Below the pieces are notes generated by a model. That model was not told the origin of the DNA, did not search any database, and was given only the letters and a program-made list of their open reading frames with translations. From Gemmatimonadales bacterium (GTDB lineage Bacteria; Gemmatimonadota; Gemmatimonadetes; Gemmatimonadales; GWC2-71-9), in contig JBDIWC010000039.1 in NCBI GenBank assembly GCA_039794085.1, positions 1-38,732 on the forward strand: a stretch of 38,732 nt of DNA. The letters run 5' to 3'. Position 1 is the stretch's first letter. Each line of letters opens with the position of its first letter. Made by a program: the position numbers and the translations under genes. This document shows positions 9,765 to 18,307 of this stretch, piece by piece.

Positions 9765-11342
9765 GTGACGGTGACGCACCGCGACGCCGTGATCATCGGG
9801 ACCGGTTTTGGCGGCAGCATGGTGGCGCTCCAGCTGGCCCGTGCGGGGAAGTCGGTCCTGCTGCTGGAGCGAGGCCGCCCGGTGGACCGCGACGAATCGG
9901 CGTGGGACACCCAGGCCATCCACATCGACCGGAAGTATCAGGGGCCGACTCCCTACCACGCCGACACGGAAAAGGGGGCGAAGCTCATCCTGGCCGACGA
10001 AGTGGTCGGGGGGGGGTCGGTGTTCTATGGGGCCGCCTCCTTCCGGTTGCGAGAGGACGACTTTCGCATCGTCAGCCGGTTCGGCCCCGGCCCGGCCGAC
10101 AGTGCCTTTGTCGACTGGCCGTTTTCCTACGACGACCTCGCCCCGTGGTACATGGAGGTGGAGCGGTTGCTGGGAGTGGCGGGTGTGGCCGGTGCCGACC
10201 CGACCGAACCTCCCCGCTGCGGTCCCTACCCGTCGGCCCCCGCGCCCTTTGCCATCCCGTCGGCCCGCATTGCTGCCGCGGGTGAGTCCCTCGGACTCCG
10301 GCCCTTTCCCATTCCGCTGGCGATCAACTTTTCGGGCGAGAACGGGCCGGGCGAACGGTGCATCCGGTGCCGGACCTGCGATCTCTTCCCCTGCCGCATC
10401 GAGGCGAAGAACGATCTGGCGGTCACCGTGCTGCCCGAGGCCACGCGCCTGGGCGCCGAGGTGCGGCACCACGCCTCGGTCACGCGGTTGCTCCGGGATG
10501 GAGAGCGCATCCGGGGGGTGGAGTACCTCGATCGGGAGACCAACACGCGCTCGGTGGTGGAGGCCGATGTGGTGATCGTGAGCGCCGGCGCCATCGCCTC
10601 GCCACGACTGTTGCTGGCGTCCGGGCTCGGCGACCTGGAGCGGAACGGGCCCCTGATCGGGCGGCACCTCATGCGGCATTGCAACGGCGCGATCATCGGA
10701 TTCTTCGCTTCCCCCGTCAATCCGGCCGAGGAATTCCACAAACAAGTGGCGTTCACCGATTTCTACTATGGGAACGGGTCGGGGCCCCCCGAACCGTGGG
10801 GAATGATCCAGAGCCTGCAGGTTCCTCCCCGCGAGTTCGTCCGTTCCCTGGCGACGTTTCCCGTCAGCATCATCGGGTACTACACCAACCCCTACAACCT
10901 CTTCGCGATGTGCATCGCGGAGGACAACCCCCAACCCTCCAACCGGGTCACCCTCCATCCGACGGCGCGTGATGCGGCGGGGGACCCCATCGCCCATGTG
11001 CACTACCGGCATCACCCTGATGACCTCCGGCGCCGGAATGCCCTCTATCGCGAGGCGCGACGCATCCTGCGGCGGGCCGGATCGTGGGCGCGCGGAAAAC
11101 ACGACGTGGACACCATGTCCCATGCCCTCGGCACCTGCCGGGCGGGGACGGATCCCGCCCGGGCGGTACTCGATCCCTGGTGCCGGATGTTCGGCCTGGC
11201 CAACCTCTTTGTCGTGGATGCCAGCTTCATGCCGACGTCCGGGGCGGTAAATCCCAGCCTGACGATCGCGGCGAACGCGCTCCGGGTGGGGGATCACATT
11301 GTCCGGGAGTGGTCCACCGTGTTGCAGAAACGGGCGCCGTGA
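9765..11342 (+). CDS. GMC-family FAD oxidoreductase
   Basis: GxGxxG 'IIGTGFGG', 'VGGGSVFYGA', Cys cluster 'CIRCRTCDLFPC', 'HALGTCRAG', 'NLFVVDASFMPTSGAVNPSLTIAANALR'. Confidence 0.92.
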   Translation: MTVTHRDAVIIGTGFGGSMVALQLARAGKSVLLLERGRPVDRDESAWDTQAIHIDRKYQGPTPYHADTEKGAKLILADEVVGGGSVFYGAASFRLREDDFRIVSRFGPGPADSAFVDWPFSYDDLAPWYMEVERLLGVAGVAGADPTEPPRCGPYPSAPAPFAIPSARIAAAGESLGLRPFPIPLAINFSGENGPGERCIRCRTCDLFPCRIEAKNDLAVTVLPEATRLGAEVRHHASVTRLLRDGERIRGVEYLDRETNTRSVVEADVVIVSAGAIASPRLLLASGLGDLERNGPLIGRHLMRHCNGAIIGFFASPVNPAEEFHKQVAFTDFYYGNGSGPPEPWGMIQSLQVPPREFVRSLATFPVSIIGYYTNPYNLFAMCIAEDNPQPSNRVTLHPTARDAAGDPIAHVHYRHHPDDLRRRNALYREARRILRRAGSWARGKHDVDTMSHALGTCRAGTDPARAVLDPWCRMFGLANLFVVDASFMPTSGAVNPSLTIAANALRVGDHIVREWSTVLQKRAP

Positions 11343-12331
11343 CCGTCCGCCTCTGCATTCTTGGGTGTGGGGCGATCGCGCGGTTGCACAGCCGCGTGGC
11401 CCGGACCCTCGGGTCCCGGGTCCGGTTGTCGTTCGCGAGCCGCTCGCAGGACCGGGCCGAGTCGTATCGCCGCCGGTTCGGGGGCGTGGGCGCCTTCGGG
11501 AGCTATGAGGCCGCGTGCGCGTCTCCGGAGGTGGATGCGGTCCTCATCTGCACTCCCCACGCGTTCCACGTGGAGCACGCCCGGCTGGCGGCCTCGGGGG
11601 GCAAGGCCCTGCTCATCGAGAAGCCGGTGGCGCGGTCGCTGGAGGAGCTCTCGGCGATCGAGGCGTGTGTCGAGGAGGCCGGGGTGGTGGCGATGGTGGC
11701 GGAGAACTACCGGTTCAAGCCGCTGCGGCGCGTTCTGCGGGACCATCTGGAGTCGGGGGACATCGGGGAGCCTCTCTTCATCGAGATCAACAAGACGGGC
11801 ACGAGCCGGGCTCAGGGATGGCGGATGGACCCGGGAATGATGGGAGGTGGGGCGCTCCTCGAGGGAGGAGTCCACTGGGTCAATCTGATGATGGAGATCG
11901 GAGGAAATGCCCGCCGGGTCATCGGGGTTGCTCCGCAGGTGTCCACCGCTCCCCGGGCTCCCATCGAGGACAACCTGCAGGTGCTGATCCACTTCGACCA
12001 GGGAGCGGTGGGTCGTCTCCTCCATTCCTGGAACACCCGCAACCGGATCTTCGGGCTGCAGGCCTCCCGGATTTATGGCACCGAGGGTAACATCTTCTTC
12101 GAGAGCAACGGTCTATGGGTTGTCGTGGCCGGGCGCCGTCGCCGGCTGCGGTTCCCCGGTCTTCTCGATCTCATGGGCTACCGGGCGATGCTCCAGGAGT
12201 TTCTCTCGGCTGTGCGTGAGGGCCGGGAACCCGCCATGCCTCTCTCGGTCGCCCGGCGCGATCTGGAGGTGGTGATGGCGGCGTATCGTTCACTCTCCTC
12301 CGGGCGCTTCGAGGCGGTCGGGAATGGCTGA
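11339..12331 (+). CDS. Gfo/Idh/MocA-family NAD(P)-dependent oxidoreductase
   Basis: 'ILGCGAIA', 'ICTPHAFH', 'IEKPVA', 'GGGALLEGGVH'; GTG start overlaps GMC stop (GTGA). Confidence 0.9.
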   Translation: MTVRLCILGCGAIARLHSRVARTLGSRVRLSFASRSQDRAESYRRRFGGVGAFGSYEAACASPEVDAVLICTPHAFHVEHARLAASGGKALLIEKPVARSLEELSAIEACVEEAGVVAMVAENYRFKPLRRVLRDHLESGDIGEPLFIEINKTGTSRAQGWRMDPGMMGGGALLEGGVHWVNLMMEIGGNARRVIGVAPQVSTAPRAPIEDNLQVLIHFDQGAVGRLLHSWNTRNRIFGLQASRIYGTEGNIFFESNGLWVVVAGRRRRLRFPGLLDLMGYRAMLQEFLSAVREGREPAMPLSVARRDLEVVMAAYRSLSSGRFEAVGNG

Positions 12332-12430
12332 CCGGGTCGGTGGCGTGTGCAACCGCGGTGGCCTGAGGCGTCTCACCTAAGTCCGGGCTTCTCCCCCGGT
12401 GCGTCACTTCCTCTCCCAGGATATTCTCCC

Positions 12431-13048
12431 ATGTCATCACAATCCCGTGTCACCGTCCTGGCGCTCAGCGCGCTCCTGGTTCAGGGTTGCAACACTTCCG
12501 CTCCCTCCGGTCCCGTGTTTTCGGCCTGGCAGGGGGACATCGCCTTCGATTTTGCCGATCCGGTCGGGGATACCCTCCCGGCGCCGGATGGGGAGGTGGG
12601 AGACGTCATCGACCTGGTGCAGATCGAGGGGCAGATTACCGAGGGATCGGTCACAATCCAACTGAGGTTCAGCGCGCCAGTCACCGCGTTTTCCGATGGG
12701 CAGGCCAACGGATTGAGCGGGTTCCTGGACTTCGATGTCGACGAGAATGCCGGAACCGGGGTCGAAGCAGCCGTGGATGTGCTGGGGGGCAACACCGGGA
12801 TGGGCGTCGATTTCTTCGTGAACCTGGCCGACAACGCCCTGAATCAGATGTCTCTCGTGCAGGCCACCACGGGATCTTCCCTTGCCCTTCCCTTCACGAT
12901 CAGCGGATCCACGGTCACCTTCTCGTTCACCCGAACTCTTTTCGGAGACGAGGACGGCAACATGCGGATTTCGGGAGTGATCAGTGCGGGTCAGCGCCCG
13001 GCGACCGACCTCTTCCCCAACCAGGGGCATCTCTCCATCCGGAGGTAG
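12431..13048 (+). CDS. Lipoprotein of unknown function (beta-sandwich, acidic motifs)
   Basis: Lipobox 'LLVQG-C'; 'DPVGD', 'DFDVDENAGTG' acidic loops. Confidence 0.7.
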   Translation: MSSQSRVTVLALSALLVQGCNTSAPSGPVFSAWQGDIAFDFADPVGDTLPAPDGEVGDVIDLVQIEGQITEGSVTIQLRFSAPVTAFSDGQANGLSGFLDFDVDENAGTGVEAAVDVLGGNTGMGVDFFVNLADNALNQMSLVQATTGSSLALPFTISGSTVTFSFTRTLFGDEDGNMRISGVISAGQRPATDLFPNQGHLSIRR

Positions 13049-13124
13049 GTGGCTGGGTGATCTGACTGATGTGGGCCTGGAGCAAACGGGGATGTAAAGG
13101 CATCATCCCCGGCGAGCGGGGGGC

Positions 13125-13331
13125 CTACGACGCCTGCTGAGCCTCGTTCCGTCCCTTGCGGCGCAATCGCCGCTGGGCCGCGGCCGACTTGAGTTTCCGG
13201 GCCACGCTGGGCTTCAGATAGTGGCGACGCTCGCGGAGTTCCCGGAGGATGCCGGCCTTCTGGACCTTCCGCCGGAACGCCTTGATGGCAAACTCGATCC
13301 GGTCGGTATCATTCAGTGTCACTTCAATCAT
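13125..13331 (-). CDS. rpsU: 30S ribosomal protein S21
   Basis: 'IEFAIKAFRRKVQKAGILRELRERRHYLKPSVARK' is the S21 signature; 68 aa. Confidence 0.93.
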   Translation of the reverse strand: MIEVTLNDTDRIEFAIKAFRRKVQKAGILRELRERRHYLKPSVARKLKSAAAQRRLRRKGRNEAQQAS

Positions 13332-13447
13332 GTGTTTCCCCGTGTCAGTTGTCTCTCGTCCCGTTCCGCATGGGGGAGTTGCGAAGGTGGCCGACCCGAC
13401 GATGTCATGACGGGCCGGCCACCCTTGCAGATTCCCGATCGTCAGGC

Positions 13448-13654
13448 TTACAGCTTGACGACGTTCTCCGCCGCGGGGCCCTTCTGGCCCTGCGTGATGT
13501 CGAACTCCACGCGGTCCCCTTCGGTCAGGCTCTTGAACCCGCTGCCCTGAATGGCAGAGTGGTGCACGAAACAGTCCTTCTGTCCCCCCTCGGGCGTGAT
13601 GAAACCGAAGCCCTTGGCGTCGTTGAACCACTTTACCGTTCCTGTCGTACGCAT
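13448..13654 (-). CDS. cspA: Cold-shock protein (CspA family)
   Basis: '[32 protein letters not shown]' RNP1/RNP2; AAGGAG RBS upstream; paralog name uncertain. Confidence 0.95.
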   Translation of the reverse strand: MRTTGTVKWFNDAKGFGFITPEGGQKDCFVHHSAIQGSGFKSLTEGDRVEFDITQGQKGPAAENVVKL

Positions 13655-13880
13655 GCGACCTGCTCCTTGTGGTGTGTAATCGGAGTCCGGTCCATGCCGT
13701 CCATGCCGACTACGAATGGTGTCGTGATCTCGAGGCCCTCACGCCAGGCCGCCGTCCCGTGCCGAACGGATCGTGCCGTCCGACACACGATGAGCGGATA
13801 CCTGAGAGGGCTGACGCGGACGCCAGCCCTCACGGAATCGCTGGAACCTGTGGCGCGTGGTGCGCCATCATCGCGCGACA

Positions 13881-13909
13881 ACTATACCGCCTGGCCGACA
13901 TTCGCGCAA
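13881..13909 (-). promoter_or_regulatory. sigma70-type promoter for csp-rpsU
   Basis: TTGCGC-N17-TATAGT on minus strand, overlapping the tag stop codon; implies a 5'UTR of about 220 nt. Confidence 0.65.
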
Positions 13910-14430
13910 TAGCCAGGTGTCTGACGGATGGCCCGGGTGACCGGACAATCCGGGCGATGGGCCCCCGGCAGGAGGCCGATACTCATGAGAAACTCCCCCG
14001 TGATCTCGCCTCCCGTGAAGCGGAAAGTCTTCCGGAAGAGGCGAACCCACTCGCCCTTTTCGAGAGGGTGGTGGGCCGACAGCCAGTCGGCAAAACTCCC
14101 ATGGCTCCGCGTAAGTCCAATAATGACATTGGCATTGGTGATCGCAGCGTCCACCTTGAGGCGGTTGCGGATGATCCCGGCGTCGGCCAGCAGGCGGGCC
14201 CGGTCGCGCTCGCCGTACCGGGCCACCCGGGCGATGTCAAAACCGCTGTATGCCGCCCGGAAGGCCGCCCTCTTCTTCAGGATCGTGAGCCAGCTGAGCC
14301 CCGCCTGGTTGATCTCCAGCACCAGCCGCTCGAAGAGAACCGTGTCATCGGAGACGGGAAAACCATACTCCCGGTCGTGGTAGGGACCATGCCAATGGTG
14401 ACCGGGGGCGATATCACAATACCAAGGCAT
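13882..14430 (-). CDS. tag: DNA-3-methyladenine glycosylase I
   Basis: 'YHDREYGFP', 'LFERLVLEINQAGLSWLTILKKR', 'GIIRNRLKVDA', C-terminal 'HRPDC'. Confidence 0.93.
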   Translation of the reverse strand: MPWYCDIAPGHHWHGPYHDREYGFPVSDDTVLFERLVLEINQAGLSWLTILKKRAAFRAAYSGFDIARVARYGERDRARLLADAGIIRNRLKVDAAITNANVIIGLTRSHGSFADWLSAHHPLEKGEWVRLFRKTFRFTGGEITGEFLMSIGLLPGAHRPDCPVTRAIRQTPGYCANVGQAV

Positions 14431-14517
14431 GTGTTCTCCGACTGTGGGACGTTCTTGATGATTCAGTTTTCAGCTGAATTGAATTGGATAGAATCCGGCG
14501 GGGACAACACGATCTCG

Positions 14518-14597
14518 AACCACGAAATACACGAAAATGCACGAAAGGTGAATCACCCCATCTCGCGTTCGTGTCCTTTCGTGTCTTTTCGTGGTTG
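14518..14597. repeat. Inverted ~9-nt-period repeat (CACGAAA)3...(TTCGTG)3
   Basis: AACCACGAAATACACGAAAATGCACGAAAG pairs with TTCGTGTCCTTTCGTGTCTTTTCGTGGTT. Confidence 0.8.
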
Positions 14598-14664
14598 AAT
14601 TGAATCCTCCCCCCTCCACCGGACAGGTGACCGCCGGGGCCAGGCGATACCGAACTGAAAGTGG

Positions 14665-15882
14665 TCATACGACACTCTGGTGGCGAAGGGTGGCACCTCG
14701 TCGCACGGCGGCGCTCCCCCAGCGTGTCGTGATCCGGTCCATGGCATCCTGGATCCGGGCGGGTCCCGCGGACAGGACCGATGGGGGATTTCCCGGGTCG
14801 GTGGCTGGAGCGCCCCAGAGGTCGAGCTGGGTTCCCTCCGTGGCCAGACGGTCCACGGTGACCGTCACGACACGCACCGCAGTGCGCCGGGCCAGCAGGC
14901 GATTGAGCAGACGGAGGGCAACGTGATTGATGTCCCGGTCGAGCGCGGAGGTGGGAAGGGGAGCGTGCCGGGACAGGGAGACGTAGTCAGTGAATTCGAT
15001 GCTCACCGTGATCCTCCGCCCCGCGAGGGCACGACGGCGGAGACGCCGTCCGAGCTGATCGGTCATTCGGGACAGCAGGGGATGGAGCACGGCGATGTCG
15101 TTGGTGTCGGTCGCGAGGGTGTGCGAGAGACGGAACTCGCGCCGCACGGCGGGAGGAAGAACGGGACGGGGATCGATCCCTCGGGCGTATGCCCGCAGCG
15201 TGCGTCCGGCGGATCCGAACACGCCGACCAGGTCGGACTCCCGGAGGATGGCCACGTCGCCGATCTGCTCGAGCTGATAATCCTCCAGGCGCCGGCGGAT
15301 CAGGGCCGGGACATCGGGAAGAAGGCGCATCGGGTGGGGAGCCAGGAAGGATCCCTCATCCCCACCGGGAACGGCGATGGGAGGAAGGTCGGACGGGAGC
15401 GTGGGCGCCAGGCGCCAGAGCCGCGTCGCGGCCTCGCTGACCACCTTGTTGGAGGCGATGCCGACTGAAATCTGGAGCCCGAGTTGATGGCGGGCATCCC
15501 GGCCGATTCGAGCGGCCACACTCTCGGGCGTCCCGAAGAGCCGGTCGGTTCCGGTCAGATCGAGAAAGGCGTGACCCCACCACCGGGGCTCGATGACCGG
15601 AGCCCACCGGGCCAGGATGGCGTGCAGTGCCCGTGAGGCCCTGGCGTAGAGCTGGGGGTTGGGGGGGAGGAGGATCAGGTCGGGACAGATTTTCCGGGCG
15701 ATCCGGGCCTCCATGCCGCGGCTGATCCCGGCGGCGCGAGCCTCGGAGGAAAGGGCAACGATCGTGGCGCGGTCGGCCCCGGGAGGAGCAACCGCCACCG
15801 GTCGCTGCCGGAGGGCGGGAGCGACCAGACCCTCGACGGCGGTGCAGAAGGCGGGGGGGTCGACAAAGATGATGGTGCGCAT
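14665..15882 (-). CDS. Y-family polymerase-like protein (DinB fold, catalytic residues degenerate; ImuB/ImuY-like)
   Basis: 'IIFVDPPAFCTAVE', 'SSEARAAGISRGM', 'ISVGIASNKVVS', C-terminal 'QLDLW' clamp motif and 'AMDRITTRWGSAAV'; the SIDE motif position reads 'WWGH'. Confidence 0.85.
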   Translation of the reverse strand: MRTIIFVDPPAFCTAVEGLVAPALRQRPVAVAPPGADRATIVALSSEARAAGISRGMEARIARKICPDLILLPPNPQLYARASRALHAILARWAPVIEPRWWGHAFLDLTGTDRLFGTPESVAARIGRDARHQLGLQISVGIASNKVVSEAATRLWRLAPTLPSDLPPIAVPGGDEGSFLAPHPMRLLPDVPALIRRRLEDYQLEQIGDVAILRESDLVGVFGSAGRTLRAYARGIDPRPVLPPAVRREFRLSHTLATDTNDIAVLHPLLSRMTDQLGRRLRRRALAGRRITVSIEFTDYVSLSRHAPLPTSALDRDINHVALRLLNRLLARRTAVRVVTVTVDRLATEGTQLDLWGAPATDPGNPPSVLSAGPARIQDAMDRITTRWGSAAVRRGATLRHQSVV

Positions 15883-15883
15883 G

Positions 15884-15904
15884 TTTTCGGTGTCTGTTCG
15901 GTAT
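15884..15904 (-). promoter_or_regulatory. Candidate DNA-damage (LexA/SOS-like) operator, copy 1
   Basis: ATACCGAACAGACACCGAAAA ends 1 nt before the ATG; 19/21 identical to the copy at 19532-19552; putative promoter TTGTTC-N18-TACATT at 15944-15915. Confidence 0.65.
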
Positions 15905-15950
15905 CGTCCACACCAATGTAGCGCAGGGAGGGTGCAGGGAACAAGGGGGA

Positions 15951-16058
15951 GACAGCCGCAAATGACACAGAGACCGCAGATTGAATCCTGCCCAGGCCGG
16001 TCGTGAGTCGAGTCGGCGGGGGGCCTTGGCTCGGTGTCATCGGCGTCCATCTGTGGGG
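15951..16058. repeat. Degenerate inverted 9-nt-period repeat (CGCAAATGACACAGAGACCGCAGA...TCGGTGTCATCGGCGTCCATCTGTGG)
   Basis: Same architecture as the 14518 and 16226 elements; a related arm lies at 25716-25745. Confidence 0.55.
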
Positions 16059-16225
16059 CTCTTCAGGGCTTTGGCATCGGTTCATGTCCAAGGCTCTGCG
16101 CTGGAAAGAATGGCCATGCGGAAGTTCGCCCGGGTCCTCGGCGACCCCGCCGGGGCGTGCCCGTGTGCCTTTGTGCCAGTTCCCCGCCAGCTTGACCGGG
16201 GAGCACCTTGCCTCACCCAAGGGCC

Positions 16226-16331
16226 AACCACAAAAAGCACAAAAATAAAGCAGATATCCGCCAGTTCGTCGCCCCTCCGCAGGGTTTTGTGCCTTCTGTG
16301 CCTCCTGTGGCCATTTCCCTACCCGCCTGAC
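16226..16331. repeat. Inverted 9-nt-period repeat (CACAAAAAG)n...(TGTGCCTTC)n
   Basis: Reverse complement of the right arm (CAGGCGGGTAGGGAAATGGCCACAGGAGGCACAGAAGGCACAAAA) closely matches 25595-25636. Confidence 0.75.
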
Positions 16332-16421
16332 GACCGGAGCATCTCGCCACACCCCGAAAGCCAACCACACAAAGAGTAGAGTGAAGAGCCGCCTGTGGTT
16401 CAGTCCCCTCGGGTGAGCCAG

Positions 16422-16464
16422 AAAAGTAACGCGACCCCCCTCCGGATGGCCGGAAGGAGGTCGC
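16422..16464 (-). terminator. Intrinsic terminator after the lipoprotein gene
   Basis: Stem GCGACCTCCTTCCGG/CCGGAGGGGGGTCGC followed by GTTACTTTT on minus strand. Confidence 0.65.
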
Positions 16465-16490
16465 AGAGGGGTCGTGCCTGCCGAGGGTGA

Positions 16491-17282
16491 TCAGCTGTCG
16501 TCGTCGTCCTCATCGTCATCGTCGCCATCCTGATCGTCATCCCGGAACACGCGGATCGAACGCTTGATGTTCTGCTCCACCAGGTTCCGGTTGGGACCGT
16601 TCTTCAGGCTGGACGCGGGATCGACGAACGCGGTGCCGGAGGGGTCCTGGAACCAGGCGCCGAGATCGAGGAACATGGTCAGATCAACGGGGCCGTCGGC
16701 ATCAACCACGAGGAAAGGGTTGAAGGTGATTTGCTGGATGGCGTTGAGGTCGGTCTCGAAGGTGAAGGGCGTCCCGTTGAACATCCCTTCTGCCCGGATG
16801 CTCACTCGCTTGAAGGTGGGGTTGGCGGCGAGGAATGCCTGATCCACGGTGTTCCCGTCGTCCTCGGGCTTGTGGACGTGGAACTTGAGGCGGCGGTAGG
16901 TATCGGCGGGAACCTCGACGGTGAGGATCCGCTGAGCGCCCGCGGTGAGGGGCACATCAAAGAGCTGGGGGCCGAGACGCAGTGCCTCGCAGGAGTCATC
17001 ACTGGGCTCGTCGTCTCCCGACTCGCAGTCGTCACTCGAGGCCCGCACCAGCTTGATGCTCTTGAGCACGACCTGCACCGAGGTGAATTCGATGGTGGTG
17101 GATCCAAGGGTGAAGGTCTCGGCGCCAGCGGCTGTCGACGCGGCTGATCCAGCGGGAATGGCGCTGGTGGCCAGGGAGAGAGAGAGGGTCGCGGTGCCAC
17201 TCCCGGTGGGACCGGTTCCGTCGGAACAGGCGGTCCCCAGGAGTAGCAGGGACAGGATCGAAAAGGCCGAAGTCGTACGCAT
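16491..17282 (-). CDS. Lipoprotein of unknown function (DUF4382-like beta-sandwich) with poly-Asp tail
   Basis: Lipobox 'LGTA-C', Cys pair 'CESGDDEPSDDSC', C-terminus DDDQDGDDDDEDDDDS; GAGGGAG RBS. Confidence 0.7.
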   Translation of the reverse strand: MRTTSAFSILSLLLLGTACSDGTGPTGSGTATLSLSLATSAIPAGSAASTAAGAETFTLGSTTIEFTSVQVVLKSIKLVRASSDDCESGDDEPSDDSCEALRLGPQLFDVPLTAGAQRILTVEVPADTYRRLKFHVHKPEDDGNTVDQAFLAANPTFKRVSIRAEGMFNGTPFTFETDLNAIQQITFNPFLVVDADGPVDLTMFLDLGAWFQDPSGTAFVDPASSLKNGPNRNLVEQNIKRSIRVFRDDDQDGDDDDEDDDDS

Positions 17283-17590
17283 GGGAAACTCCCTCGTCAG
17301 GTTTCGAGTGTGACGGTGGTGCAAACACTACAGGGAGAAAGATCGCACTCCCCCCGATCCGCGCAAGACCAAAAATTTGACAGTCAATGCGACGTATATC
17401 TTATAAACACATGTGTTGTATGTGGTTATGCGTATTTCAAGGTGAAGGTTGTTGTTACATTGGCGCAAAATACCCTGCGCCATGCGACTCGAATCCCGAT
17501 CGGGGGCATGTGTGATCATTCCGGAGGGCGCTACTTTCGTGCGGGGTGCGCCGACGCCACCTCCTCGGACCTGCACCCGGAAGACCTGCC

Positions 17591-18304
17591 GTGTCGCTAC
17601 CCCATTTCCTTGTGGTGACCCTCATTCTGATGCTCGGGGCCCTCTTGCAGGGCGCCGTCGGGTTCGGCATGGGGCTCTTTTCGGTGCCGCTCCTGCTTCT
17701 GTTTCTCCCCCGGGCGGTTCCCGGCCCGGTCCTCTTCGCCTCGGGTCTCCTCACGGTGCTCATGCTGTTTCGCGAACATCCTTCGGTGCGCCGGGCTGAT
17801 CTGAGGTGGTCTCTCGGGGGGAGGGTGATCGGGACGGGTGTGGCTCTCGCCGTCCTGGTGGTGGTTCCCGCCCCGGCTCTCTCGGCCCTGTTCGGAGGAC
17901 TCATTCTGGTGGCCGTGGCTCTGACGGCGTCGGGCCTTCACCCCGGGCTTACTCCACGGACCCTGGTGGGAGCGGGAGTGGCCTCGGGCTTTCTGGCCAC
18001 CACGATCGGGATTGGCGGGCCGCCCATGGCGCTCATCTATCAGCGCGAGACCGGCCCGAGCATCCGGGCCACCCTGAGCGCGTTCTTTCTCGTCGGGACA
18101 GTGCTTTCGCTCGCCGGTCTGCACTACGTGGGACACTTCGGGATGCCGGAGCTCTGGATCGGGTTGCTGATGCTGCCGGGGATAGGGCTCGGGTTTCTCG
18201 CCTCCCGGAGGCTCGCCGGAGTGCTCGACCGGGGCTTCATCCGCCCGGCCATTCTGGTGATCTCCGGGGTGACAGGTCTGGTGGCGCTGTTCGAGTCCTT
18301 CTGA
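17591..18304 (+). CDS. TauE/SafE (TSUP) sulfite exporter family protein
   Basis: 'LQGAVGFGMGLFSVPLL', 'GIGGPPMAL', 'IRATLSAFF'; about 8 TM helices. Confidence 0.88.
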   Translation: MSLPHFLVVTLILMLGALLQGAVGFGMGLFSVPLLLLFLPRAVPGPVLFASGLLTVLMLFREHPSVRRADLRWSLGGRVIGTGVALAVLVVVPAPALSALFGGLILVAVALTASGLHPGLTPRTLVGAGVASGFLATTIGIGGPPMALIYQRETGPSIRATLSAFFLVGTVLSLAGLHYVGHFGMPELWIGLLMLPGIGLGFLASRRLAGVLDRGFIRPAILVISGVTGLVALFESF

Positions 18305-18307
18305 CCC

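Noticed and set aside
4654..11297. Very long minus-strand ORFs (1169 aa and 1174 aa) and similar ones at 21028-22908, 22599-24827 and 29164-31350
   Set aside because: Antisense shadows of well-supported genes in high-GC DNA; no recognisable motifs
13125..13631. 168-aa ORF suggesting a csp-rpsU fusion
   Set aside because: Upstream part is an off-frame reading of csp; S21 starts at 13331
14647..14660. ATACCGAAC half-match to the candidate SOS operator near the end of the Y-family gene
   Set aside because: Second CCGAA half-site missing, opposite orientation, and over 200 nt from the tag start
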